Below the pieces are notes generated by a model. The model saw only the letters and a list, made by a program, of their open reading frames with translations, had not been told where the DNA came from and did not search any database. A program made the translations under genes and the position numbers. 52,775 nucleotides of DNA from a virus (taxonomy: Duplodnaviria > Caudoviricetes): positions 1-52,775 of the IMG/VR virus record IMGVR_UViG_3300030329_004607, one strand, 5' to 3'. Below are positions 26,109 through 36,268 of the stretch, one piece after another (within the stretch, counting starts at the first letter, position 1; every line of letters begins with the position of its first letter).

Positions 26109-27305
26109 TTATCTCCTTCCTAACTTTTCAGCTAATGATTCTTTATCACTCCCACCAAGTGTCTTTCCTTTTTGACTAAAATAATCTACAATTGTAGGTT
26201 CTACACTTCCACCTCCATAATATTTTGAAACTTGTCCGCCATCTTTTTGTATTTTAACTATATTTCCAAAATAATCTTCTTTCCAGCTATCTTGACCAAA
26301 ATATTTATCTCTTAAAGTATCATATTTTGGATCAGTATCATATAATTGTTTTTTAAAAGCTTCTTGTAAATAGGAAGATTGACCACCTATATCTCCATAA
26401 AATTCTTCATGTAACCAGTCTTCCCAATCTTGTTCACTTTTAAATCCTTGAAATGAATTTTTTTCTTTTGGTAGAGGTGGACGTTCAAGTTTTCCTCTTT
26501 GCCATATTGGGTCTGCTTTACCGCCAAAAGGTGTAATTTCATGTGTTACAGGAGATTCATCTATTAAAATATCTTCTGGAAATTTTCCATAAGATTGACC
26601 TATTTCTTTACTAATACTATTTGGATCAACACCTCCAGTTAAATCTGCTTCAAAAGCTTCTTGAACTTCTGAAATTTCAGGTGGCTCAACATCATATGAA
26701 ACATCAAATATATGATCATCTAAGCTCTTTCTTGGAAGTCTTGGTTCACTAGATACATTTGAAGCATCAAATGCTAGATCAGGAGCTTTGGCTGATTTTG
26801 TAATTACTTCCACCTTTGGAAGATCACCTTCAGGCATTCCAAAAGTCATAAAATCAGGAAGATTTTTCTTTATATTTTTAAGGAAATCTGGGTTTTGCAA
26901 AACTTCTTTACCTGCCCAGCTACCTGCATAATCTACCGCTTGACTAAGTAAAGCTTCCCCAGTACCAACATTTGATTCATCTTCAGCTTCTAATAAAGCA
27001 TCAATCATTTTGCCACCTTCTCCGCCAGTATATGCTCCTTTAGCATCTTTAATTGCTTGTTCATGTTTTTTATCAAAAAGGTCAATATTATTTTGTATAA
27101 CTCTATCTAAAAGAAAATCAGCTACATGTCCAAAACCAGGTAAAAATGTTTTTGCAAGCTTTCCAAGTATTCCCCATCTACCTCTTTTTTTTGCTTGTTT
27201 TCTCATGTTTTCTCTAGCATCTTCAATCTTCTCTGCCAATTTAGCAATCTCATTACGTGCTGTTCCTTCTAAAGTTTCTCCTCCGAACCAAATTCCATTT
27301 GACAT
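26109..27305 (-). CDS. Putative internal virion/ejection protein
   Basis: Amphipathic N-terminus, acidic middle, C-terminal xxGG motifs. Confidence 0.6.
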   Translation of the reverse strand: MSNGIWFGGETLEGTARNEIAKLAEKIEDARENMRKQAKKRGRWGILGKLAKTFLPGFGHVADFLLDRVIQNNIDLFDKKHEQAIKDAKGAYTGGEGGKMIDALLEAEDESNVGTGEALLSQAVDYAGSWAGKEVLQNPDFLKNIKKNLPDFMTFGMPEGDLPKVEVITKSAKAPDLAFDASNVSSEPRLPRKSLDDHIFDVSYDVEPPEISEVQEAFEADLTGGVDPNSISKEIGQSYGKFPEDILIDESPVTHEITPFGGKADPIWQRGKLERPPLPKEKNSFQGFKSEQDWEDWLHEEFYGDIGGQSSYLQEAFKKQLYDTDPKYDTLRDKYFGQDSWKEDYFGNIVKIQKDGGQVSKYYGGGSVEPTIVDYFSQKGKTLGGSDKESLAEKLGRR

Positions 27306-27322
27306 AATTTATTCCTTTACTT

Positions 27323-27913
27323 TTATTTAAAAAATACTGTTACTATAAGTTGTGCATATCTATCATCGCCATCTGTATCTACAGCGATTCCAGAAGCTCC
27401 ACCTGAAGAATAAGCTAAACCAGCTCCTTCAGTATGAAGATTAAATTCTCTAAGTGAAATAAGATTAAGGGTTGGATTATAATCTATTCTTCCTTCTGGG
27501 GCTGGGTCAGAAGTAGGAAGTCCATACTCTGCAAGTGTCACCATTGAACCAACATTTAACCATTGTATACTCCAATTTGCACATAAAAAATTCTTTTGAT
27601 TTATAAAATCTGGAAGATATATCTTTTTTTGAACAGTACTATCTCCAGTACTTCCTTCAGAAGCTGGGACATCTATGCTAGCTTGCCATATCTTTGGAAT
27701 ATAAACATCTGGATTGTCAAGTTCATTTCCATGCAATATGTTACTAAGCCATCTTCCACCAACCTTTGCAAATAATCTTGCACCAAGAGATGTATTCCTA
27801 ACTTCAAGATCGCCTTCACTACCTTCACGTGGATTAGGACTACTCATTTTACTTGTAATCCTAGACCTTCTAGCTGTGCCCCAAAGTGATGATCTTAATT
27901 TATTCCTTGCCAT
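27323..27913 (-). CDS. Putative tail-associated protein
   Basis: 196 aa directly after the tail nozzle; P...EG..GD motif. Confidence 0.55.
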   Translation of the reverse strand: MARNKLRSSLWGTARRSRITSKMSSPNPREGSEGDLEVRNTSLGARLFAKVGGRWLSNILHGNELDNPDVYIPKIWQASIDVPASEGSTGDSTVQKKIYLPDFINQKNFLCANWSIQWLNVGSMVTLAEYGLPTSDPAPEGRIDYNPTLNLISLREFNLHTEGAGLAYSSGGASGIAVDTDGDDRYAQLIVTVFFK

Positions 27914-30582
27914 TATTTAACTGGTCTTTCTCTATATAAAATTGCTATATCATTTATTTCAAAAGCCTCATCTACAGTTCCAGTTATCTTAATCGCAAAA
28001 GAATTACAGCCAGTACCACTTGAACCTGGGATAAGTGTAGCAACTGCTTTAGTTTGTCCTGTTGAAAAACTTCCAGTAAAACTTTCACTTGGGGTAGCAC
28101 CATTAACACCATATGTTACATCTGGAACATTACTAGAACCAGACGTATATGTAACATATACTTTCATTATTTTTTTAGTTTGAGATGGTGTTCCAAAATC
28201 AATGTCTTTTGTTATATATGTAATTGATTGAGTATTACTATCAGCATTACCTACACTATAAGCTTTTAAAGTTTCTTCAGCATCTTGACATATACATAAA
28301 TGACCATTTGGAGCTATTTGAAAATTTGTATGTCTATCTGTATCAGAATTAGTAATTATATTGACACCTTCAGTCCAAGATTGTGTAACCATGTTATATA
28401 CCCATCCATCATCATTATCAGATTCATCTCCAATATTTTTAAGAACAATAATACTTTGTGAGCGTGGATCATAACCAACACATGGAACATTTGCATTATC
28501 ATCTGCAATTGAATCTGATTCACTTAATCCCCAATCACTTATGTCAAATTTACCGCTAGTAAGTGATATTACTTTTTGACCATCATATATATAACATCCA
28601 TATTTATTTGCAAATATTACCCCAAATCCACAAGTAAATACTTGGCATGGGTTAGCTACTCCACAATCTTTAAATATTGCTTCTGCATGAAAAAATCCAG
28701 GATTTGAAATATTAATTATATACATTGCATTTTCTTTAAATTGTAATATAGTATCTTGAAAGGCTGCTAAGGCTGTAATTGGTGAGCCATCCCCAGATGG
28801 AGAATCAAAAAAGTTAAGCTCAGGAATTACTCCTGGCTTTCCTGGCATTGAAAACATCATACCATCAGCAAAATGTTTACCCCTAAATTCTACATTGCCT
28901 ACAAATACTAATCCATTTTGAGCAACTACAGATGTTTTATATCTAAGATCATGAGGCACTGGACCAGCAGTTCCAGTTGCTATTTCATCTGCAACTTCTG
29001 TATATACTTCATTTGCATAATATAAATTTTGAGAATTATATGATTGTACGCTTGGCGGTGCTGAAAAATTTATATCAGTTGCTAAAGTGTGTTTATCTGT
29101 GCCTATGGTAAATTTAGTAAAAGTTGACTCAAGAGCTCCTCTTACACCTTCTTTTAAATTAATTTCTGCTAATAACCATTTTTCTGTTGTTCCAGATTCT
29201 TTAAAATATATACGAGCACCTTCAATCCTTTTATTTCCACCAAGATGAGCATCATTTTTATGTTGAAAATTTACATTAAAATCTAAAGAATGACCTTGAA
29301 ATGAAATTCCATCAGATTCATCGCCATCGCTTTCCGTTCCACATGAAGTTAATCCTGTTTCACAACCATTGTCAAAAAGCCATGAAACATAGAAATAATA
29401 AGTAGTATTAACAGTATCTACCCCCCAAGAACCAGCAGGATTAGATTGTGGAGTACACTCTATAATCATAGTACCTGCAACAGTTGATTGCTCTAAAGCA
29501 CTTTTAACTTTAACATCCCCAACAGCCATTGATCCAGCTGCTTGACTATCATATATTGGAGCATCTATTAACCTATTTCCATACACCCAACCTGTAACAG
29601 TTTCCCTTTGATCTTCTCTATATACAAGCCTTGCACATTTGCTTGTTGTTGTATGTGCAAAATTAGCATCATTCACATATAAACCATTACCAAAAGCATG
29701 AAAAACAGGAGCAACATTTACTGCATCGTTTGAAATTGTAAGAGCAGAACTTCCATCATCAATAGTTGTGGCACTAGAAGCATCATCTTTAAATACAACA
29801 TGTTCTCCATCTGTTGAGCAAACAATTGTACAATTTTCTTGAACAGGAGCAGATGCTAATGAATATGCACTATTAAATATAAATAACCCATACCCAGAAC
29901 ACGGAATATGAGTTGCAGCTGATGCAAGAGTAGCTGTAGAGAGTCCACTAGCATCTGATTTAATATCTCCTAAAACTTTTATAACTCCTATATGTGAAAA
30001 TGTTACATTTTTTGCTTCTTGACATTCATTAATTCCTAGGTCACGTGGTGAAGATTTTTGATTTATACCTCCATGAAACTGAGATAATTGAAATAACTTT
30101 TTACTTCTACCTTTTAATATTGGTAATGGTTGAAAGCCTCCAGATATAGAATTCCAAACAATAGAACCACTAAGAGGACTAACTCCCATATTTGAGAATA
30201 ATGAAGTACCACTAGAAATAGGACTATTAGCCATATCCATTGATCTTCCTTGAGCCCCACCTTCTTCAGTATCTCCTTCAGGATCACCTCCACCAAACAT
30301 GCCTCCAACGCCAGTGTGAGGGGTAAAAGTAAACTCTCCACCTGCTTCAGAGATTGGAAAAGGTACTGTTGTAGGAGGATCATCTGGCGCAGCAGCTCCA
30401 GAAATTATAGCAGAAGAAGAAGCCTCAAGATTAGGAGGAGTATATGGAGTATATCCAAAACCTATTTGTGGAAGATTTAGATTAAGTTGCCCTAAAAAGT
30501 TACTAGAACTTAATGGATTACCTTCTTCATCTACAAGCCCAGGCTGTGTTGTTGGATTATTATTATTTCCAGTTCCAGCCAC
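27913..30582 (-). CDS. Tail nozzle/stabilisation (tubular B-like) protein
   Basis: F.GG.N...PRD motif, beta-propeller-like repeats, C-terminal TKDIDFG.P...K...KVYVTY. Confidence 0.7.
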   Translation of the reverse strand: MAGTGNNNNPTTQPGLVDEEGNPLSSSNFLGQLNLNLPQIGFGYTPYTPPNLEASSSAIISGAAAPDDPPTTVPFPISEAGGEFTFTPHTGVGGMFGGGDPEGDTEEGGAQGRSMDMANSPISSGTSLFSNMGVSPLSGSIVWNSISGGFQPLPILKGRSKKLFQLSQFHGGINQKSSPRDLGINECQEAKNVTFSHIGVIKVLGDIKSDASGLSTATLASAATHIPCSGYGLFIFNSAYSLASAPVQENCTIVCSTDGEHVVFKDDASSATTIDDGSSALTISNDAVNVAPVFHAFGNGLYVNDANFAHTTTSKCARLVYREDQRETVTGWVYGNRLIDAPIYDSQAAGSMAVGDVKVKSALEQSTVAGTMIIECTPQSNPAGSWGVDTVNTTYYFYVSWLFDNGCETGLTSCGTESDGDESDGISFQGHSLDFNVNFQHKNDAHLGGNKRIEGARIYFKESGTTEKWLLAEINLKEGVRGALESTFTKFTIGTDKHTLATDINFSAPPSVQSYNSQNLYYANEVYTEVADEIATGTAGPVPHDLRYKTSVVAQNGLVFVGNVEFRGKHFADGMMFSMPGKPGVIPELNFFDSPSGDGSPITALAAFQDTILQFKENAMYIINISNPGFFHAEAIFKDCGVANPCQVFTCGFGVIFANKYGCYIYDGQKVISLTSGKFDISDWGLSESDSIADDNANVPCVGYDPRSQSIIVLKNIGDESDNDDGWVYNMVTQSWTEGVNIITNSDTDRHTNFQIAPNGHLCICQDAEETLKAYSVGNADSNTQSITYITKDIDFGTPSQTKKIMKVYVTYTSGSSNVPDVTYGVNGATPSESFTGSFSTGQTKAVATLIPGSSGTGCNSFAIKITGTVDEAFEINDIAILYRERPVK

Positions 30583-30734
30583 TATAATAATCCTTTAATT
30601 ACTTTTTTGATCTTAGCCCAAGCTTTATCATCTTTTTTAGTTTTAGTTGCTTTAACAGCTATATCTCCAATTATGATTAATAGTCTAAGCATACCATGCT
30701 TTTTTATAAGTCTTCCTATTACTAAATTTAACAT
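30582..30734 (-). CDS. 50-aa small membrane-associated protein
   Basis: Manual translation MLNLVIGRLIKKHG...TKTKKDDKAWAKIKKVI. Confidence 0.6.
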   Translation of the reverse strand: MLNLVIGRLIKKHGMLRLLIIIGDIAVKATKTKKDDKAWAKIKKVIKGLL

Positions 30735-30877
30735 TACTTACCTACTACTTTGTAAATTGCTTTTTTAATTGATGTCCATATCAGATCATCCCACTGGCTA
30801 GGGCTAAGTGCCACTATCTTATCAACTGCCAATAAACAGATTAACACATATTCCCAGTTATTGATTAAAAAATTCAT
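30734..30877 (-). CDS. 47-aa holin-like protein
   Basis: Manual translation MNFLINNWEYVLICLLAVDKIVALSPSQWDDLIWTSIKKAI. Confidence 0.6.
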   Translation of the reverse strand: MNFLINNWEYVLICLLAVDKIVALSPSQWDDLIWTSIKKAIYKVVGK

Positions 30878-31128
30878 TTATTTTCTCCTTGTTTAAAAAG
30901 TTTAATTACGATGTCTTTTATTGTATTTACTGCTGTCATTGTTTTTTTTGTCTCATCTTTTGATTGACGATTACTATCAATTAATTTAACAGTAATGTCA
31001 TACAAGTTTTTTATATCTGCCTTTACATCTCTTGTTATGAACTTTATTAAATACATGAGTGCATAGCCTAAACCTATCGCCACTGCGACTGGAATACCCA
31101 GTGTTTCTATAATAGCAAATATGTCCAA
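30874..31128 (-). CDS. Holin-like protein (N-terminal TM plus coiled coil)
   Basis: IIETLGIPVAVAIGLGY.L TM followed by heptads. Confidence 0.6.
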   Translation of the reverse strand: MDIFAIIETLGIPVAVAIGLGYALMYLIKFITRDVKADIKNLYDITVKLIDSNRQSKDETKKTMTAVNTIKDIVIKLFKQGENK

Positions 31129-31143
31129 CCATGCCTCCTAACA

Positions 31144-31299
31144 TTATTTTAATTCTTTATATATTTTAATTACCAAATAGACTAAAGTTGCAATACCTAC
31201 AAGAAGACTTACAAACTCTGGCAACCAGTCCCATAATGATAGCCAAAAACCACCAATTCCATACGTTGTTGTTTTAACTGTATCTATAATGCCTTCCAC
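31144..31299 (-). CDS. Small two-TM holin-like protein
   Basis: GIGGFWLSL..LPEFVSLLVGIATLVYLVIKI; GTG start probable. Confidence 0.6.
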   Translation of the reverse strand: MEGIIDTVKTTTYGIGGFWLSLWDWLPEFVSLLVGIATLVYLVIKIYKELK

Positions 31300-31300
31300 A

Positions 31301-32068
31301 TTATTTCTCCCATTTCTGTCTATTAAATTTACCAAATTGCCTTATCCCTTTAGGTTTACTTTTAGCCCTATCTATTAACTTATAATAATCATCAATAGCT
31401 TTATCAAGATTTTTCATATTTCCATATCTTTGTAATAATATTTGCTGTATTTCATTAGCCTTTTCTGGATGATCTAGGGCAATATTTTCCATTTCATCAA
31501 TATAGCTATAATTAGATCGAGGAGTTTTCATTTGACCTGTTTTTCCAATTTGTTTTGTAGGCTCACCATATCCAACAGGGAATTTATACTTTGATTTAGC
31601 TTTTCCAAGAAGACCCTTTAAGAAAGACATAACACCTTTACCACTGCCAATAGCACCCATAGGCGTTGAACCTAAAGCAATATCCATTGCTAAGTTCATC
31701 ATGTCTTTTTCACTTAATTCATCAGCATCTTTTGATTTTTCTCCAAATACATTTGATATTGATTCTTCTTTTTTATTTATATTTTCAGGTACATTGAACT
31801 CCCAGCCAGGATTAGTTTCCTTTAATATATCTTTAATAAATTGGTCAATATATTGTCCTTTTCTTTCCTCGCCCTTCTTTTCCTTAAATTCATCACTTCC
31901 TGTGCTGTAAGTTCTTGGTACACGTTCAGACGATGGCCAAGGTTTGTCAGACATAGTGCCAAACGAACCTATACGAGGAGTATCACCAGATACACCGTAC
32001 TTCTCTCCTGGCTCATACTCTTTAGAAGATTTTTCTACTAACTTAATTAAATCAGTAATGTTTGCCAT
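31301..32068 (-). CDS. Hypothetical virion-associated protein
   Basis: 255-aa ORF in the late operon. Confidence 0.6.
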   Translation of the reverse strand: MANITDLIKLVEKSSKEYEPGEKYGVSGDTPRIGSFGTMSDKPWPSSERVPRTYSTGSDEFKEKKGEERKGQYIDQFIKDILKETNPGWEFNVPENINKKEESISNVFGEKSKDADELSEKDMMNLAMDIALGSTPMGAIGSGKGVMSFLKGLLGKAKSKYKFPVGYGEPTKQIGKTGQMKTPRSNYSYIDEMENIALDHPEKANEIQQILLQRYGNMKNLDKAIDDYYKLIDRAKSKPKGIRQFGKFNRQKWEK

Positions 32069-32069
32069 A

Positions 32070-32843
32070 TTATTTTCCTATTATTAATTCTCCCCAAAGG
32101 GATGTTTTTCCATTTATTATTTGTATTACATGTACAGTAAAGAATCCTTTATCATAAAAGTCTACTATTGCGAAAGCATGAGACCAATTATGCATTCTAT
32201 GTTGCAAGAATTCATTCTTTCTTGGAGACATGTCTTTAAGACATCCTATACTCCACGCTGACTTCGCCCCATCCAGATGTGTTACAGACGACTGCTGTAT
32301 GTCGTGATGATGACCATACATAACATTTGTTCCTAGCCTCATCAAATGATTCCTTGTATGATTTATTCCAGCAAAATGGTGTCCATGATACATCGCTAGT
32401 TTCCCAATCTTCATGTATTTCCCCACTGGATGATACGTATAACCTCTTTCTTTTAAATTTACACATTGTTCAAACCTATATTGTTCCATGTATGGATGCT
32501 CTTCGACAAACCTATTCATCCAATCATCGTGATTGCCTTCTATCATATGCTTCTCTTTACAGTTTGCCTTATCAAGAGACTCATCTATTATATCCATTCC
32601 TTTATTGACATCTTTAATATCCTTGTCAATGAATGGAGTTTGGTACTCTAATGGAGGACGTTTCTTTTTTCTCCACTGCCAGTGACTTGCACCTTCCCAC
32701 TCTCCAACATCCCCTAAATCTACATATATATCTGGTTTTACTATTTCTATACATTGACATAAACAGTCAATTGCTTTTTTATCAGCCAAAGGAAAATGTT
32801 TATCTGGTGTTACTATTGCTCTTTTAACTATACTTTTAGCCAT
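32070..32843 (-). CDS. Calcineurin-like metallophosphoesterase
   Basis: D.H (PDKH), LGD, GNHD, HG and GH.H motifs. Confidence 0.88.
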   Translation of the reverse strand: MAKSIVKRAIVTPDKHFPLADKKAIDCLCQCIEIVKPDIYVDLGDVGEWEGASHWQWRKKKRPPLEYQTPFIDKDIKDVNKGMDIIDESLDKANCKEKHMIEGNHDDWMNRFVEEHPYMEQYRFEQCVNLKERGYTYHPVGKYMKIGKLAMYHGHHFAGINHTRNHLMRLGTNVMYGHHHDIQQSSVTHLDGAKSAWSIGCLKDMSPRKNEFLQHRMHNWSHAFAIVDFYDKGFFTVHVIQIINGKTSLWGELIIGK

Positions 32844-33391
32844 TAAAAATTACTCCCAAAAAATGGTGCATTATGTGTTACAGCAACTGCTGTTGGTGTA
32901 TAATCTATTTCTGCATATAAATAAGCAACTTGATTTTGTCCAGCCCTTACATTTCTAAATTGATTTACTCGAAGTTGCAATCCTGCTAAATCTCCATATA
33001 CCCAATCATCAGTACCATCTGATGTTGTTTTAGCTGCCCCTGAATAAGTAGCCCAAGAACCTGTAAGAGTTATACTATCTAGCCCATTAGAGATGGAACT
33101 ACTATCTGCTGCTGTTCCAAGCTGTTGAACTGTTATAAAAGCTGAACCAAGTAATGTTTTTTGAGCTTTAAGCTTTAGAGTGACACTATTTATAGTATCA
33201 ACATCACCAGAATCAACCCCTGCATCGCTTGGAGATTGCAAATCAACTATAATTCTTTGACCATTAGTAGCACTATAAAGATAATCAGAAGTGTCATCAC
33301 TATCTACATATTCATAAGTTGCAGTTCCTCCATCGCTTGCAGTCCAACTAATTGAGCCAGTACCATTTGGATTTAAAATAAAAGTAGCCAT
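32843..33391 (-). CDS. Tail fibre-associated beta-rich protein
   Basis: S/T/G/D-rich, 182 aa, directly after the fibre gene. Confidence 0.55.
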   Translation of the reverse strand: MATFILNPNGTGSISWTASDGGTATYEYVDSDDTSDYLYSATNGQRIIVDLQSPSDAGVDSGDVDTINSVTLKLKAQKTLLGSAFITVQQLGTAADSSSISNGLDSITLTGSWATYSGAAKTTSDGTDDWVYGDLAGLQLRVNQFRNVRAGQNQVAYLYAEIDYTPTAVAVTHNAPFFGSNF

Positions 33392-35856
33392 TAAAATTGA
33401 AAGTCCAAAGTTGCTACGCCATAAGCTATTTCATTATCTGCATCATAAAAAAATGAAATTATATCTACGTGATTTGCATCATCTGTTAGATCAGGATTAC
33501 TTCCACCTGCAAATTTAACAGTTGCACTACCAGCAGCAGCAGAAGTATTGACTCTATCCCAAGCTTTATAGTTAGTTACAGTTCTACTTCCAGTACCATC
33601 TTGCTTTAATAATAATACAAAATTACCAGAAACGTCAGGAAAGATTAAATTTAAATCTGTAATATTACCAGCACCAAAAGTTACAAATTGTTTATTTCCA
33701 GTTGTAAAATCTACATCAGTATCACTTGCATTATAGGTTGGAGTAATAAGATCAAAACCCACTCCACAGCCTTCAAACTCTACATGTCCATCTATATCAA
33801 ATTTTAAATCACCATCAGCTCCATCGCTGTCGTTTGTACTAATTTCTAAAGCACCATTATCAGAAAGACTAAATTGTGCCCAATTATTAAGATCTCTTCT
33901 CATTTTAAAAAATGGAGTTGTTCCAATGTCAAAGTGCATCGCATTTGTATAATTATTAGATACATACATGAATACATCTCCATCCATTGCTTGTAAATTT
34001 ATATCTCCTTCTGATCCAGCCTCTCCAGCTGTAAGAGTTATAGCAGGAGCAGTACCAATACTATTAATTGTAAGCTCACCATCAGCTGCAACGTCAAAAT
34101 CTACATAATTACTACCATCCTCATATAGTTTTAATGAATTTACCTTTGCAGCACCATCAACTGTAAGCAATGTATCAGGAGTTTCTGTTCCTATTCCTAC
34201 GTTACCTCCATCAGTAACTAAAGCATAATTAGAATCTGCTCCTGTTGCTTTAAAATAACCACCTATAGAGGTTTGAGTACCAGATGTACCCCCTGTTGCA
34301 ATAGTATATATACCATAATTACTTACTGTTCCAGAATTAGTTTGACCATTACTATTAACAAGGGCATTTATAGCAATATTTGAGATGTTCTGACCTGCCC
34401 CTGTATCACCAGTTGCATCATAATCTACATATAATCCTTTTGAAGATTGACTTGTAGTACCTGTAAAGTCTACATCTATAGTTAATTTACCAGCCATAGT
34501 ATCATCAGCATCATTTTTAATAAATGCATCATCCACATTTAAAGTAGCACCAGCAAATGTACAATTAGTACCTGCTGTTACTGTAGCTTGAGCCCCTATA
34601 TCAGATAATACTTCACTTGCACTTCTTCCCTCAAATGTTGTCCCATTAACTCTAATAAAGTCATCATCTACTATACCAGCACCACATTTAGTAACATTAG
34701 TATCACTAATACCAAAAGTCAATGATGCTTGTCCTCCTGCATAACTTAAAAGATTAGCTCCAGTTACATATTTAACTGCTCCACTATCAGACATTAAGAA
34801 TTTATCTGTATCACTACCAACTTCAGCTATAGTATCAATAGTTAAAGTACCATCTATATTTGCATTAGCATTATTATCTATAGAGAATACTTTATCAGTA
34901 CCTCCATCAATATACATAAGATATACATTATCCCACCCACCTATATTGGTCTGTGTTTGGGTATACCATATCCCATAATGAACATCAGACCCTCCAGCTC
35001 CAGATGAAAGATTTAATGTTTCAGTTAATCTAAATGTACTATCAAGAGTACCAGAAGCTGTCTTCTGTGTTATTGTAGCCTTTAAATCTTTATTAGCTGC
35101 AGGAGTGAAAAGAATATCTCCTTGAGGTTGAAATGCAAGACTACCCTCATTTGAACCTGAATTATCAACAGTAGAAAACGTAGTCATCCCATTAGAAAAA
35201 CCATCGATACGAAAGTAATCACCTAAATCAGCTGAACTCTTAAATGTAAGACCATTTGATGCATTCCAATTCAAAAGATAAGCACCCTGTATACCAAAAT
35301 TAATATCAGAACCTTCAGCATCTAAATTTATATCTCCAGCACAATCTATTGTAAAGTCTCCACTTGATATATCTAATTCATCTTTTAAAAGAGATACGTG
35401 CCCTACTTTAAAACCTGTAGAACTTCCACTTGTATCTATTCGTGCTGGAGGATAATATATTTTATATGAACGTAAATCTCCAGAATCACCAACAGTTTGA
35501 CTTGTTGAAACAGTTAATACGATTGCTGCAGGGCAAGCAGTTATAGTGCCAGCATCAGTACCATCATCAAAAATAAATCTTCCTCCAATCATGTCAGATG
35601 TAAAAGTAGTACCGCTCCCTACTATTGATGAAGTTGTTTGATATGCAGTTCCAGTACTATATTGCACATTAGTATTAAATACTTCAAAATTGTTTGTTGG
35701 TGCAACTACATTTCCAATACCTACAAGTCCAGCATCAGTAATACGAATACCTTCATTACCACCATCATTAGATAACCAATTATCTTGTAACTGTAAGTTT
35801 TTTAACAGCTTATGATTAGGTATAGAGCCTGGTGATATAAGTCTTGTCTTAGGCAA
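33391..35856 (-). CDS. Tail fibre/spike protein
   Basis: GNVGIG module, C-terminal QDGTGSRT...F.GG..P.LT......DI.SF domain. Confidence 0.75.
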   Translation of the reverse strand: MPKTRLISPGSIPNHKLLKNLQLQDNWLSNDGGNEGIRITDAGLVGIGNVVAPTNNFEVFNTNVQYSTGTAYQTTSSIVGSGTTFTSDMIGGRFIFDDGTDAGTITACPAAIVLTVSTSQTVGDSGDLRSYKIYYPPARIDTSGSSTGFKVGHVSLLKDELDISSGDFTIDCAGDINLDAEGSDINFGIQGAYLLNWNASNGLTFKSSADLGDYFRIDGFSNGMTTFSTVDNSGSNEGSLAFQPQGDILFTPAANKDLKATITQKTASGTLDSTFRLTETLNLSSGAGGSDVHYGIWYTQTQTNIGGWDNVYLMYIDGGTDKVFSIDNNANANIDGTLTIDTIAEVGSDTDKFLMSDSGAVKYVTGANLLSYAGGQASLTFGISDTNVTKCGAGIVDDDFIRVNGTTFEGRSASEVLSDIGAQATVTAGTNCTFAGATLNVDDAFIKNDADDTMAGKLTIDVDFTGTTSQSSKGLYVDYDATGDTGAGQNISNIAINALVNSNGQTNSGTVSNYGIYTIATGGTSGTQTSIGGYFKATGADSNYALVTDGGNVGIGTETPDTLLTVDGAAKVNSLKLYEDGSNYVDFDVAADGELTINSIGTAPAITLTAGEAGSEGDINLQAMDGDVFMYVSNNYTNAMHFDIGTTPFFKMRRDLNNWAQFSLSDNGALEISTNDSDGADGDLKFDIDGHVEFEGCGVGFDLITPTYNASDTDVDFTTGNKQFVTFGAGNITDLNLIFPDVSGNFVLLLKQDGTGSRTVTNYKAWDRVNTSAAAGSATVKFAGGSNPDLTDDANHVDIISFFYDADNEIAYGVATLDFQF

Positions 35857-36268
35857 AGTAAGCTACATTCACATATTGATTAGAAGTTGAACCTATAATA
35901 AAAATACTTGCAAAACTTGAAATAGCAAGAACAAGAGTTTCTCCACCATTAAGTTTGATACCTGCACGACTACCAACGCTACCAGCTAAAGTAGTTCCTT
36001 GCGTGCTTCCTACCATAACAAATCCTGTATTAGCATCATCTGTTTGAATAAAAATCTCCTTTGCATTTGTTATAGTAGCATTACAATGGTTAGCATGAGT
36101 TAAAGCTTGTGAAGTGCCAGTCTCTGCAACAAAGTCAGGATAATTAACCCAAGAACTAAATGCATCATCTTGCTCTGTTTCTACAGCTAAACGACCATTT
36201 GTAACTGAAACAGCATCGCCATCAACATCTTGTATGATTCTTTTTATACCTAATCCTACATCAGCCAT
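35849..36268 (-). CDS. Small virion beta-sandwich protein
   Basis: Q....NTG.V.VG...GI.L..GE pattern. Confidence 0.55.
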   Translation of the reverse strand: MADVGLGIKRIIQDVDGDAVSVTNGRLAVETEQDDAFSSWVNYPDFVAETGTSQALTHANHCNATITNAKEIFIQTDDANTGFVMVGSTQGTTLAGSVGSRAGIKLNGGETLVLAISSFASIFIIGSTSNQYVNVAYFA

